Source: Mobula hypostoma (lineage: Eukaryota). Taken from it: a stretch of 64,000 bases of DNA. Location: NCBI RefSeq assembly GCF_963921235.1, contig NC_086128.1, forward strand, positions 15,500,001 through 15,564,000, given 5' to 3'. Of the stretch, positions 36,873 to 48,015 are shown in pieces; within the stretch, counting starts at the first letter, position 1, and every line of letters starts with the position of its first letter. The notes under the pieces are model-generated. The model was given only the letters and a program-made list of their open reading frames with translations. It ran no database searches and was not told the origin of the DNA. The translations under genes were made by a program, and so were the position numbers.

Positions 36873-38475
36873 CAAACTCCATTTCCAGAAAAGTTGGGAT
36901 ATTTTCCAAAATGCAATAAAAACAAAAATCTGTGATATGTTAATTCATGTGAACCTTTGTTTAACTGACAAAAGTACAAAGAAGAGATTTTCAATAGTTT
37001 TACTGACCAACTTAATTGTATTTTGCAAATATACACAAATTTAGAATTTGATGGCTGCGACACACTCAACAAAAGTTGGGACGGAGTTAAAATAAGATTG
37101 AAAAGTGCACAGAATATTCAAGTAACACCAGTTTGGAAGACTCCACATTAAGCAGGCTAATTGGTAGCAGGTGAGGTATCATGACTGGGTATAAAAGTAG
37201 TGTCCATCAAAGGCTCAGTCTTTGCAAGCAAGGATGGGTCGTGGCTCACCCCTTTGTGCCAAAATTCATGAGAGAATTGTTGGTCAGTTCAAAAGGAACA
37301 TTTCTCAACGCAAGATTACAGAGAATTTAGGTCTTTCAACATCTACAGTACATAATATTGTGAAAAGATTCAGAGAATTCAGAGACATCTCAGTGTGTAA
37401 AGGGCAAGGTCGGAAACCACTGTTGAATGCGCGTGATCTTCGAGCCCTCAGGCGGCACTGCCTAAGAAACCGTCATGCTACTGTGACAATTATAGCCACC
37501 TGGGCTCGGGAGTACATCGGAAAACCATTGTCACTCAACACAGTCCGTCGCTGCATCCAGAAATGCAACTTGAAACTGTATTACGCAAGGAGGAAGCCAT
37601 ACATCAACTCTATGCAGAAACGCCGGCGTGTTCTCTGGGCCCGAGCTCATCTCAGATGCGCCGAAAGACTGTGGAACCGTGTGCTGTAGTCAGATGAGTC
37701 CACATTTCAGCTAGTTTTCGGAAAAAACGGGCGTCGAGTTCTCTGTGCCAAAGATGAAAACGACCATCCAGATTGTTATCAGCGAAAGGTGCAAAAGCCA
37801 GCATCTGTGATGGTATGGGGGTGCATCAGTGCCCACGGCATGGGTGAGTTGCATGTGTGTGAAGGTACCATTGACTCTGAGGCGTATATTAGGACTTTAG
37901 AGAGACATATGTTGCCATCAAGGCGACGTCTCTTCCCGGGACGTCCATGCTTATTTCAGCAGGACAATGCCAGACCACATTCTGCACGGGCTACAACAGC
38001 GTGGCTTTGTAGACACAGAGTGCGTGTGCTTGACTGGCCGGCTGCCAGTCCAGATCTATCTCCTATTGATAATGTATGGCGCATCATGAAGAGGAGATCA
38101 GACAACGGAGACCACGGACTGTTGAGCAGCTGAAGTCTTATATCAAGCAAGAATGGACAACATTTCCAATTGCAAATCTACTACAATTAGTATCCTCAGT
38201 TCCAAAACGAATAAAAAGTGTTATTAAAAGGAAAGGTGATGTAACACAATGGTAAACATGCCTCTGTCCCAATTTTTGTTGAGTGTGTTGCAGCCATCAA
38301 ATTCTAAATTTGTGTATGTTTACAAAATACAATTAAATTGGTCAGTAAAACTATTGAAAATCTTTTCTTTGTACTTTTGTCAGTTAAATAAAGGTTCACG
38401 TGAATTAACATATCACAGATGTTTGTTCTTATTGCATTTTGGAAAATATCCCAACTTTTCTGGAAATGCGGTTTG
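36873..38475 (+). mobile_element. Tc1-like DNA transposon (IR/DR type), full length, TA target duplication
   Basis: TA|CAAAC...GTTTG|TA; TIRs of about 214 bp (36873-37086 and 38262-38475), each with AAAAGTTGGGA direct repeats at both ends. Confidence 0.95.
37234..38255 (+). pseudogene. Tc1 transposase pseudogene
   Basis: MGRGSPL...GRKP...(W to TAG at 37687)SDES...FQQDNARPH...SPDLSPIDN; frameshift near 38095; ends GDVTQW*. Confidence 0.9.
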
Positions 38476-39469
38476 TATATTCCCCAGGAACCATGGCTTG
38501 AAGTCACATCATCAGATTAATAATCTGCAGAATCTGTTGTGGTTATGGGAAGATTAATAATCCAGGATACTAATTAGTAACTTGACCAAGTGAAAAACTG
38601 CACACGCTGTCCCATATAAATATGTATTTTTTTGAAGGAACAAAATTATTAATGGAACTAAAATCTAAAACCAGATTTATTTCCATAAGCAACACTGCCT
38701 CTATGTGGCAAAATACAGTATTTGACCGGAAATAGCACACCTTTCTTGATACACTGGGACAATAAAGTTTCTAATCAGTTTATAATCGTAAATAATTCAA
38801 TTTTAGTGAATTAACGGTAAATGGATTTTGAAGCAGGACCTTTAGTTTGAAATAATGTTTCCTCTACTACAAAGCTGACTAACAAATAGAAAGAAGCCTT
38901 AAGCTTTGCATGCAAACAGTTGTTAAATTTCCCAACAAATGTATCATGACAAGCAGTTACAGTATTTGAAACATTAATTATGTAACAGAAAATGTATATT
39001 TAAATAAAGTTTTTGTCAAGAGTGAAAATATTCTCAGAAGTTATGATGTTATAGTTGGAGTTTCCACAAGGCAAAAATCAAAGATGATTTCTATAAACTT
39101 TCTCGCCAATTTTTCTTTCAGTCATCCATGTCGGGCAGGCCACATCATATGAAGTCCTGACACCATCCTCATGAAACAGGTACTCTATTCCAAAACTCTG
39201 CCATGGTAGCATGCTAACAAGCAGGCAGAGATGAAGATTAAAAGGTGAGTTTAAATTATCCTTGCAGAAGCGCAACATCCTCACTGAGTTCTGAGAATCT
39301 CTGGTCCACGGCCACTCAAAGTGGGATGTTATTGAGCAGCACACAGAAGCAGGGTGTAAATGATGGGAAGAGTGAACCACCACACAAACTACCCACCCGC
39401 TTTGTTAAAGAGTCTGTACTTCCCCTGATGGCCTCATTAGTTATCTGAGAACGCACAGAACTAGAAGGA

Positions 39470-41150
39470 AAGCAATTCAGAATCCGAATCAGGTTTATTA
39501 TCACCGGCATGTGTTGTGAAATTTGTTAACTTAGCAGTAGCAGTTCAATGCAATACATAATAATATAGAAAGGAGGAAATTAAAAAATAAATCGATCAAT
39601 CACAGTAAGTATATATATGGAAATTGAGTAGATTAAAAATAGTGCAAAAACAGAAGTAATATATATATTTTTAGAAAGTGAGGTAGTGTTCATGGGTTCA
39701 ATGGCCATTTAGGAATCAGGTGGCAGAGGGGAAGAAGCTGTTCCTGAATCGCTGAGTGTGGATCTTCAGGCTTCTGTATCTCCTACCTGATGGTAACAGT
39801 GAGAAGAGGGCATTCCTGGGTGCTGGGGTCCTTAACGATGGACGTCGTCCTTCAGAGGCACCGCTCCTTGAAGATGTCTTGGATACTATGGAGGTGAGTA
39901 CCCAAGATGCAGCTGACCAATTTTACAACTTTCTATAGCTTCTTTTGGTCCTGTGCAGTAGCCCACTGCTCCCCCCTCCATAGCAGACAGTGATGCAGCC
40001 TGTCAGAATGCCCTCCACAGTACATCTACAGAAGTTTTCGAGTGTTTTAGTTGACAAACCAAATCTCTTCAAACTCCTAATGAAATATAGCCACTGTCTT
40101 GCTTTCTTTATAGCTGCATCGATATGTTGGGACCAGGTTAGATCCTCAGAGATCTTGACACCCAGGAACTTGAACTTGCTCACTCTCTCCACTTCTGATC
40201 CCTCTATGAGGATTGGTATGTGTTCCTTCATCTTACCCTTCCTGAAGTCCACAATCAGCCCTTTCATCTTACTGACATTGAGTGCAGGTTGTTGCTGTGA
40301 CACCACTCAACTGGCTGGTATATCTCACCCTGTACGAACTCTCATCTCCATCTGAGGTTCTACCAACAATGGTTGTATCATCAGCAAGTTTATAGATGGT
40401 ATTTGAGCTATACATAGCCACAGAGTCATGGGTATATAGAGAGTAGAGCAGTGGGCTAAGCGCACACCCCTGAGGTGTGCCAGTGTTGATCATCAGCGAG
40501 GAGGAGATATTATCACCAATCCATATAGGTTGTGGTCTTCCGGTTAGGAAGTCGAGGATCCAATTATGGAGGGGGGTACAGAGGTCCAGGTTCTGTAACT
40601 TATCAATCAGGACTGTAGGAATGATGGTGTTAAATGCTGAGCTATAGTCGATGAACAGCATCCTGACGTAGGTGTTTGTGTTGTCCAGGTGATCTAAGGC
40701 CATGTGAAGAGCCATTGAGATTGCATCTGCCATTGACTTATTGTGGCAATAGGCAAATTGCAATGGGTCCAGGTCCTCACTGAGGCAGGAGTTCAGTCTA
40801 GTCATGACCAACCTCTCAAAGCATTTCACCACCATAGATGTGAGTGCTACTGGGTGATAGTCATTAAGGCAGCTCACATTATTCTCCTTGGGCACTGGTA
40901 TAATTGTTGCCTTTTTGAAGCAGGTGGGAACAGTAGCAGTGAGAGGTTGAAAATGTCCTTGAATACTCCCACTAGTTGGTTGACACAAGTTTTCAGAGCC
41001 TTACCAGGTACTCCGTTGGGGCCTACCACTTTGCGAGAGTTCACCCTCCTTAAAGATAGCCTAATATTGACCTCCAAGATAGAGATCACAGGGTCACTGG
41101 GTGTGGCAAGGATCTTCACAGCCGTAGCTATATTCTCCCTCTCAAACAGG
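39470..41150 (-). mobile_element. Rex1/Babar LINE, 5'-truncated
   Basis: [41 protein letters not shown]; (tctgat)-type tail near 39475. Confidence 0.88.
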
Positions 41151-41253
41151 CATAGAATCATCGAATTCAAGGGAATGCCTCAGAGAAAAGGGAGGTATGA
41201 GTGTGTAAATATGCATGAATGTATGAATGTAAACTTATGTGTATCTACATATA

Positions 41254-41785
41254 CACTCAGTGTACATCTTGTACCTAATAAAGTGACTAATAAGTGTATG
41301 TTTGTGGTCTTCTGCTGCTGTAGCCCATCCAGCTCAAGGTTCAGCATGTTGTGCATTCAGAGATGCTCTTCTGCATACCACTGTTGTAAAGTGTGGTTAT
41401 TTGAGTTACTGTCACCTTCCTGTCAGCTTGAACCAGCCTGGCCATTCTCCTCTGACCTCTCTCATTAACAAGGCATTTTCACCCACAGAACTGCCGCTCA
41501 CTGGATGTTTTTTGTTGTTTTTTTTTTCACTTTTCTCTGCAAACTCTAGAGAATGTTATGCATCAATACCCCAACGAGTTCATCAGTTTCTGATACTCAA
41601 ACCACCCTGTCTGGCACCAACAATTATTCCATGGTCAAAGGCACTTAGATCACATTTCTTCTCCACTCTGATGTTTTTTTCTGAGTAACAACTGAACCTC
41701 TTGACTATGTCTGCATGTGTTTATGCATTGAGTTGTTGCCACCTGATTGGCTGATTAGATAATTTGCATTAACAAGCACTGAGTG
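41254..41785 (-). mobile_element. Non-autonomous Tc1/mariner deletion derivative
   Basis: cactcagtg...cactgagtg termini; homologous to 53040-53572. Confidence 0.7.
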
Positions 41786-41859
41786 CATATACTTGTATAT
41801 CTCGGCATGAATGTTTAGAAATGCAAATATATATGTGTGAAAAAGTGTATATGTATGTT

Positions 41860-41881
41860 TGTGTGTGTGTGTGTGTGTGTG
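41860..41881. repeat. (TG)n microsatellite
   Basis: Direct reading. Confidence 0.9.
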
Positions 41882-42469
41882 AACACATTTGTGTATTGAC
41901 GCAGATGCATGTATTTGACTGGGAATACAAGTGTGCTTGTATACCTATTCGTATGGGTTTGCTTCAATATAGAACCCTTTAGGTTGAAGCAATTAAATCT
42001 GTCTCTCAACTTTTTGCATGAATTCCTCAACCTAGAAGCCTATAAAATCATATAAAGAAGCAACAAAATGGTATAGAAAAAATTAATCCATAATATTGTC
42101 TCAAATTAAATTGCAGGAGTAACTGGCAAAATGGATAGATCTTCAAGGAGGGATTGTTAAACATTTTAAAGCAACATTACATTCTGCAATAAGTAATAAA
42201 AGTCAACAAGGATGATAAAAGGTTCTCAAAATCTTTGTAATACCTTTCACAAAGGAAAAAATACTGCCAGACTCCTTCATCTCAAAATAGTTCTTCACAG
42301 TCAACAGATATTCTCAAAAAATATTAGAATATTAATTCATCAAAATAAATGTAACTGCTCCATTATAAGCACAGAGATTGTGCGACACCAGGGGTTGCAT
42401 CAACAACTTGTAGCCTGCAGGGGTCACGATATAACTTCAAATGAAAAGCAAGTTTTTGTGGGCGGTCCA

Positions 42470-43205
42470 GCAGAATCAGAATCAGGTTTATTATCACTGA
42501 CGTATGTTGTGAAAATTATTGTTTTGTGACAGCACTACAATGTAAGACATAAGAATCACTATAAGCAGCGCAAAAGAGGAATAGTGAGGTGGTGTTCATA
42601 GGTTCATGGAGTGTTCATAAATCTGATGGCGGAGGGGAAGAAGCTGTTCCTAAAATGTCGAACGTGGGTCTTCAGGCTCCTGTACCTTGGCACCTTTAAT
42701 GAGAAGCTGGCATGCCCCAGAGAGTGAGGGTCCTTCACAATGGATGCTGCCTTCTTGAGGCACCACCGGTTTAAAACGTCCCCGATGGTGGGGAGGGTTG
42801 TGACCATGTTGAAATTAGCTCTGTTTACAATCCTCTGCAGCCTCTTTCGATCCTGTACATTGAAGCCTCCATATCAGGCTGCGATGCAACCAGTCAGAAT
42901 GGTCTCCACTGTACATCTGTAGAAATTTGCTGGAATCTTTGGTGAAATAGCAAATCTCAAACTCCTAATGAAGTATCGTTGCCAGTGTGTTTTCATGATT
43001 GCATCAATGAGTTGAGCTCAGGATACATCCTCATCAGATGTTGGCACCCAGGAACTTGAAGCTGCTCGCCCTTTCTACTGCTGATCCCTCGACGAGGACT
43101 GGTGTGGGTTCTCCTGACATCTCCTTCCTGAAGTCCACAACTAATTCCTTGGCCTTGCTGATGTTAAGTGCAAGGTTGTTGTTGGAACATCATTCAACCA
43201 GCCAA
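42470..43205 (-). mobile_element. Rex1/Babar LINE 3' fragment
   Basis: CLKKAASIVKDPH...RNSFFPSAIRF; (tctgat)n tail. Confidence 0.8.
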
Positions 43206-43344
43206 TTTTGGCTTTTATGTCATAACATTGCTTTTACAATCCAGATAAAAGTAATCCTCTTTCTAGTCACAAATTATGTCACTTTTCAAATTGTGGCTGG
43301 ATGGCTATTAACAGAAGAAAATACTATTTAATTTCCCAACATCA

Positions 43345-43575
43345 GTGTCTCCCAAAGCCAATAAAGCAATTTGAATTAGTGCAGACAGTACAATAACCAA
43401 CACAGCAAGCTCCTACAAACAGAAGAGTTGATAATGACCAGATAATGAGCTTTAATAACACTAACTGATGGTGAAATATTGGCCCAGGAGTCCTGAACAA
43501 TCTCCTTCCTCTTCATTCAATTGTTCTTTGTGATCTTTATGTCCACGAGAGGGCAGACTGAGTCCTGGTTTAGTG
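43345..43575 (-). mobile_element. Deu-domain SINE (SacSINE1/AmnSINE1-like), old
   Basis: Minus strand reads gtctgccctctc...ggccaatattt...attatctggtcattatca...gtttgtaggagcttgctgtg, matching my recollection of the Deu-domain consensus. Confidence 0.65.
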
Positions 43576-44049
43576 TAGCACAGTGACTCTGGAGTGCTAC
43601 CTCAATATAGTCCAACCCTGGGTAGCGATCGGCTTCCATTTGTACTGATGTCTAAAAGTCAATTTTGTCCATCAAGTGGAAAATACACAAAAATCAATAC
43701 AGTAACTATACCTCCACGGTATTTTAATAAATGGCATCAAAAGCACATAAGACTGATAAGAAAGAACAATTTCTACGAAGAGGAAAGCTAGTTCTGCTGT
43801 TTTCTGAAGGAAAACGTATGTGTGCACATCAGCCATTCTAATTTAATAAATTTATGGGAGTTTGTTTGGATGTAAGGGTGTCCATAAAATGGGTGCGAGT
43901 AATTCTGGAATGACCTGTACTGCACTAGAGTGTTCCCAAGCCATCAGATTGCAATGTGCTGCATTATAAAAAATGTTTATTTATTTCCTTTTAGCAGTAA
44001 CCTGTTTCCCAAGCAAAGGACTACAAGCAACTTTTGACTTACATTTTTC

Positions 44050-44345
44050 AAACACAGCTTTTCATGTAGTGTCATCTCTGTAACATAATCCAAATCCATC
44101 TCTGGCTCATCACCTCAGCTGCTGAAACTCTTATCCATGCATTTGTCACATCTAGACAACTACTTTAATGTTCTCGTCCTCAGTTTCCCATCTTACAACT
44201 TCCAGGTCGAATTCATCCACTTTCTTCTTCATCTTCTTTTCGGCTTTGAGGAGGATGACGAGCTCTCAGTCCAGTTCTATGAGTTCTGATGTGGTTGAAG
44301 AGCCCTATGTGGGATCAGGAGACTCTGTCAGAGGTAGGGCAAGTA
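44050..44345. mobile_element. Old L2 RT fragment (+) abutting an RTE/BovB-like 3' end (-)
   Basis: AETLIHAFVTSR on +; SHIGLFNHIRTH plus GAA-rich tail on -. Confidence 0.5.
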
Positions 44346-44519
44346 GGTGGCTAGCTTGGGATACTGTGCACCCATTCCACTATTCACATTTGCTCTTCAT
44401 GTATTCCTGTTGCAGGAATTCAAGTGTTTCATGCCTCATTAAAACTGAGAAACTGAAAAGGGTAGAGTGAACAACCTGTGTAGACAGGCAAATTGGTATC
44501 TGGAAAGCAATAATCATCA

Positions 44520-45900
44520 GAATAGTTGTAAGAACATAAAGAATAGTAGCATCTGTAGGCCATCTGGCCCTTCAAGCCAGTTGAGGTAAAAGACTGATCT
44601 TTACCACAGTGTCATTTTCCAGCACTATCCACACATTCCTTGAAATCCAGAATTTCATCCATCGTTGTTCTAAGTGGATGTGCATCCACAGAACTCCAAA
44701 GGTGTTTCACACTCTGAGTGAAGAAATTTCACCTCATCTCAGTCCTAAGCAACCTACCACTTGATGGCAGGAAAGTTTGTGCCTGTGATGGAACTGGATG
44801 AGTCTACAAACTTCTGTTGCCTCTTGTAATCCTGGGCATTGGAGCCTCCATACTAGGCTATTACACAAGCAATCAGAATGCTCTCCACTGTATCTCTGTA
44901 GAAATTTGCAAGAGTCTCTGGTGACATGCCATTATCTCCTCAAGCTCCTATGAAGATATCCTTGAACGTTCCAGCTCAAAGGTTTGGCTCAAAGGGAACG
45001 TACATGATCTCAAATATAAAAGCCTTGTCCTTGAGTTCAAATCCTTTTATGACTTTGTGTATGGTATTCAGTTTTGGTCTCTCCATTAAATGAAATACTT
45101 TATTAAACTGTAAAGAGTGTAGAGAAGATTTACAAGGATGTTGTTAGGACTTGAGGGCCTGAGCTATGGGTAGAGGTTGGGTAGTCTAGGACTTTGTTCC
45201 TTGGAACATAGGAGACTGGGGGATGACAAAGTATATAAAATCATTTAGAGAATGCACATGGTCTTTTTCCAAGGGAAAGGGAACTAAAATCAGGAGGAAA
45301 TAGGTTGAAGTTGAGAGATGAAACTCCTAAAAGGGACCTGATGGGAAATTTCTGGTTTGTCTTTCATGACATACCAGATCTTCTCAAATTCCTAATAAAG
45401 TAGAACTGCTGCATCAATGTGTTGGGACTCAGGTAGTTCTTCTAAAACACTGATGTCCAGGAACTTGAAGTTGCTCACCCTTTCCACCACTGGCTCTTCA
45501 ATGACTGCTGTGTGTTTGCCCAACTTCCCCTTCCTGAAGTCCAGAATCAATTCCTAGGTCTGGCTAATGTTGAGTGTGAGGTTGTTGATGCGACACCACT
45601 CAAACAGATCTATTTCACTCCTGTATGTCTCTTTATCACTATCTGAGAATCTGCCAACAACAGTGGAGACATCAGTGGGTATATGGTGGGTATATGGAAT
45701 GAGTTGCCAGAGTAAGTGATTGAGGCAGGTACAATAATAACATTTAAAAGATATTTGGATAAGCACATAGATAAGAGAGATTTAGAGGGATATGGGTCAA
45801 ATGCAGGGCACACATGACTTAGTTGGCACCAAAATTGAGTTGCGCTCAAGGACCTGTCTCCATGCTGTACTACTCGATGTCTCTATAATGATGATTTCAA
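44520..45900. mobile_element. Mosaic of decayed CR1 and Rex1/Babar fragments
   Basis: Patchy homology to the LINE copies elsewhere in the window, on both strands. Confidence 0.6.
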
Positions 45901-46026
45901 CCTACATAACATGTTCCAGCTGACAACCCTCCAGGACCTCTTGCTTTTTTCCCCTCAGTTGTGACCTTTTTGTTTTGCATCCATAACTTCCTTCACCCCA
46001 CAATGCATCCCCTGCCTGCAGCCAAA

Positions 46027-46220
46027 CAAAAAAACTGTTGGGGGAATTCAGTGTGTCAAAAAAACTGTTGGGGGAATTCAGTGTGTCAGGCAGGATCTGT
46101 GAGGCAGAGGGATAGCCGATGATTCCGATCCAGATGAAGGATCTTGACCCAAAATGTCAACTGTCCTCTTGTCTCCACAGATGCTGCCTGACCCATTCAG
46201 CAAATCTAGCAGTTTTTTGT
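46027..46220. repeat. 30-bp tandem duplication plus fold-back of Penelope terminal-repeat fragments
   Basis: caaaaaaactgttgggggaattcagtgtgt twice (46027-46086); 46060-46126 is inverted relative to 46150-46220. Confidence 0.7.
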
Positions 46221-47301
46221 TCCGGTTCAGATTAAAGCATCTGCACTCTTGTATCAGCCTTCAACCATCTCTCCATCAGCCTCTCTAAAGCACTCTGTAA
46301 TAGCTGCCTACTTGATCTATTTAAAATGGCTCTGATTCATGGTTTCACACCAGTGAAGTGTCATGTGTTATGAATTGTGTTATATAAATGCAAACTATTG
46401 TTATTACTTCTCCAACAGTGGGCTACTGCAAATATTCAGCGACAACAGAGGTGTCTCTGATGTCCAAGATCAACAACGCAGCTTTTACAGGGTATTTTTG
46501 TTTTGCCTTTTTAAGATATATTTTCACTCTTTTAATTAAAAAAAAAATGAGAATTAAATCTTCATATGAACTTCAAACAGCCTGGGTTGGGTTATCTTCC
46601 AAAGAATCTTGGTGGTGGTGATGACACTCATGGTCAAAAATCAATTAAACTATTTAATTGGCTTGGCACAGAATCATGCAACTAAAGCACACGTTCCAAT
46701 TCCAATTGGATCAATGTACGAATAGGCTTAAATGTTGCCCAATTACAATGAAATATGCAACAAGTGTCAAAATGCCCATACAACGGAATAAACAAGTGTT
46801 CTGGTTTAACTTCGTTCTCTTTCACTCCCCTAAACTCAAGTTTTAATGTATTCTTCCCAAATCATGGCTCCTGCTGCGATATTCTTTTCTGTTTTTCACA
46901 AGCCAGCCCCGATAGTTTATTTTTCTCTCTGCACCGTGATTTTCTAAGTAATGTAAAGGAGATGATTTTAATGTTCCACATTTACAAGAGTTCGAGTTTT
47001 AAATGATTGTATATTACACATAGACAAACAGAAACACGCAAGCAATTTCAAGGGACATTGAAGGACGAGCTCCATATTCTTCCACCTCAGCAGCATCATC
47101 AGCTCTGTTGTACTTGAACTGAATACCGGAAAGAGGCTGCAGATTTGCTCATGGACAAAGGAGATTGCTTAATTTGTAACACTGGCCAAAAGAAATTTCA
47201 ATCCACAAAGGATCGCTCGTCTGCTGCTCAGCCCACTTCTCTGTACGATAAATATCAAACACCGGTCAAGTGGGCACAGCAGTCCACAGTCTTTTAATGC
47301 A

Positions 47302-47628
47302 CTTGATCGGCGTTGCTTGAGCAACTGGAGGGAGCTCTTCTTGTTTCCCGGACTCGCTCATTCTTGCTGACGCCAGTTTGGCCCGAGGCACCGAGAGCGG
47401 TTACCGTGCACAAGCGGACAGGTTGGAACCCATGGGAGAGGGTGTGCCGAGCTCCTCCTCTATCTCGATGTCACCATGCCCATTTCTGTCAGCTGACACC
47501 CCGACCAAGCCCAGATCCGCACTGCTCATAAAAGCAGCTCAAAGCCGCTCTCACCTGCGCCAGCAGTTCAGATCGGGACTGATCGCTCCAGCAAACTCGT
47601 AACCAGAGAACAAAACTCTAATTTCACC
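47302..47628 (+). promoter_or_regulatory. Keratin B proximal promoter and 5' UTR, TATA-like CATAAAA at 47527-47533
   Basis: CATAAAA about 100 bp upstream of the ATG; Kozak-like caccATG; CpG-rich; 47302-47576 is duplicated at 63726-64000. Confidence 0.75.
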
Positions 47629-48015
47629 ATGAGCGTCTCTTACACCCAAAAGTCCTTTAGACAGACCACGCAGCTTTCAGGCGGCCCATCGATGCGGTCT
47701 AGTGTTGCCGGCTCCGTGGGGTCGTCGCGAAGAATTAGTAGCAGAAAGGCGATGAGTGTGTCTGGAGCTGGAATTGGAACAGGTATCGGAGGGTCAAGAC
47801 GTATGCTTTCTGGCTCATCGATCAAGCTTAGTTCAGGCTACAATTCAGGTTACGGTTCAGGTTTAAGGTCAAATTTCAGTTCTAGTTCGATGATGCCGGC
47901 CCTTGATCTAAGCGCCCCACTACCACAAAATGACACCAGTCTGCAACAAGTTCGTATGCAGGAAACGAGGGAGCTGACTACGCTCAACAACCAGTTCGCA
48001 AGTTTCATAAACCAG
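47629..48015 (+). CDS. Keratin B exon 1 (head and start of coil 1A, ...[15 protein letters not shown])
   Basis: ATG to cag|gtaccg. Confidence 0.93.

Noticed and set aside
46027-46088. 30-bp direct repeats resembling CRISPR repeats
   Set aside because: Two adjacent copies with no spacer, in eukaryotic context, with no cas genes
47313-47602. 72-74 aa ORFs upstream of keratin B (and the identical ORF at 63737-63955)
   Set aside because: They have non-ATG starts and overlap the promoter and TATA-like box; the identity is explained by the duplicated promoter, not by coding constraint
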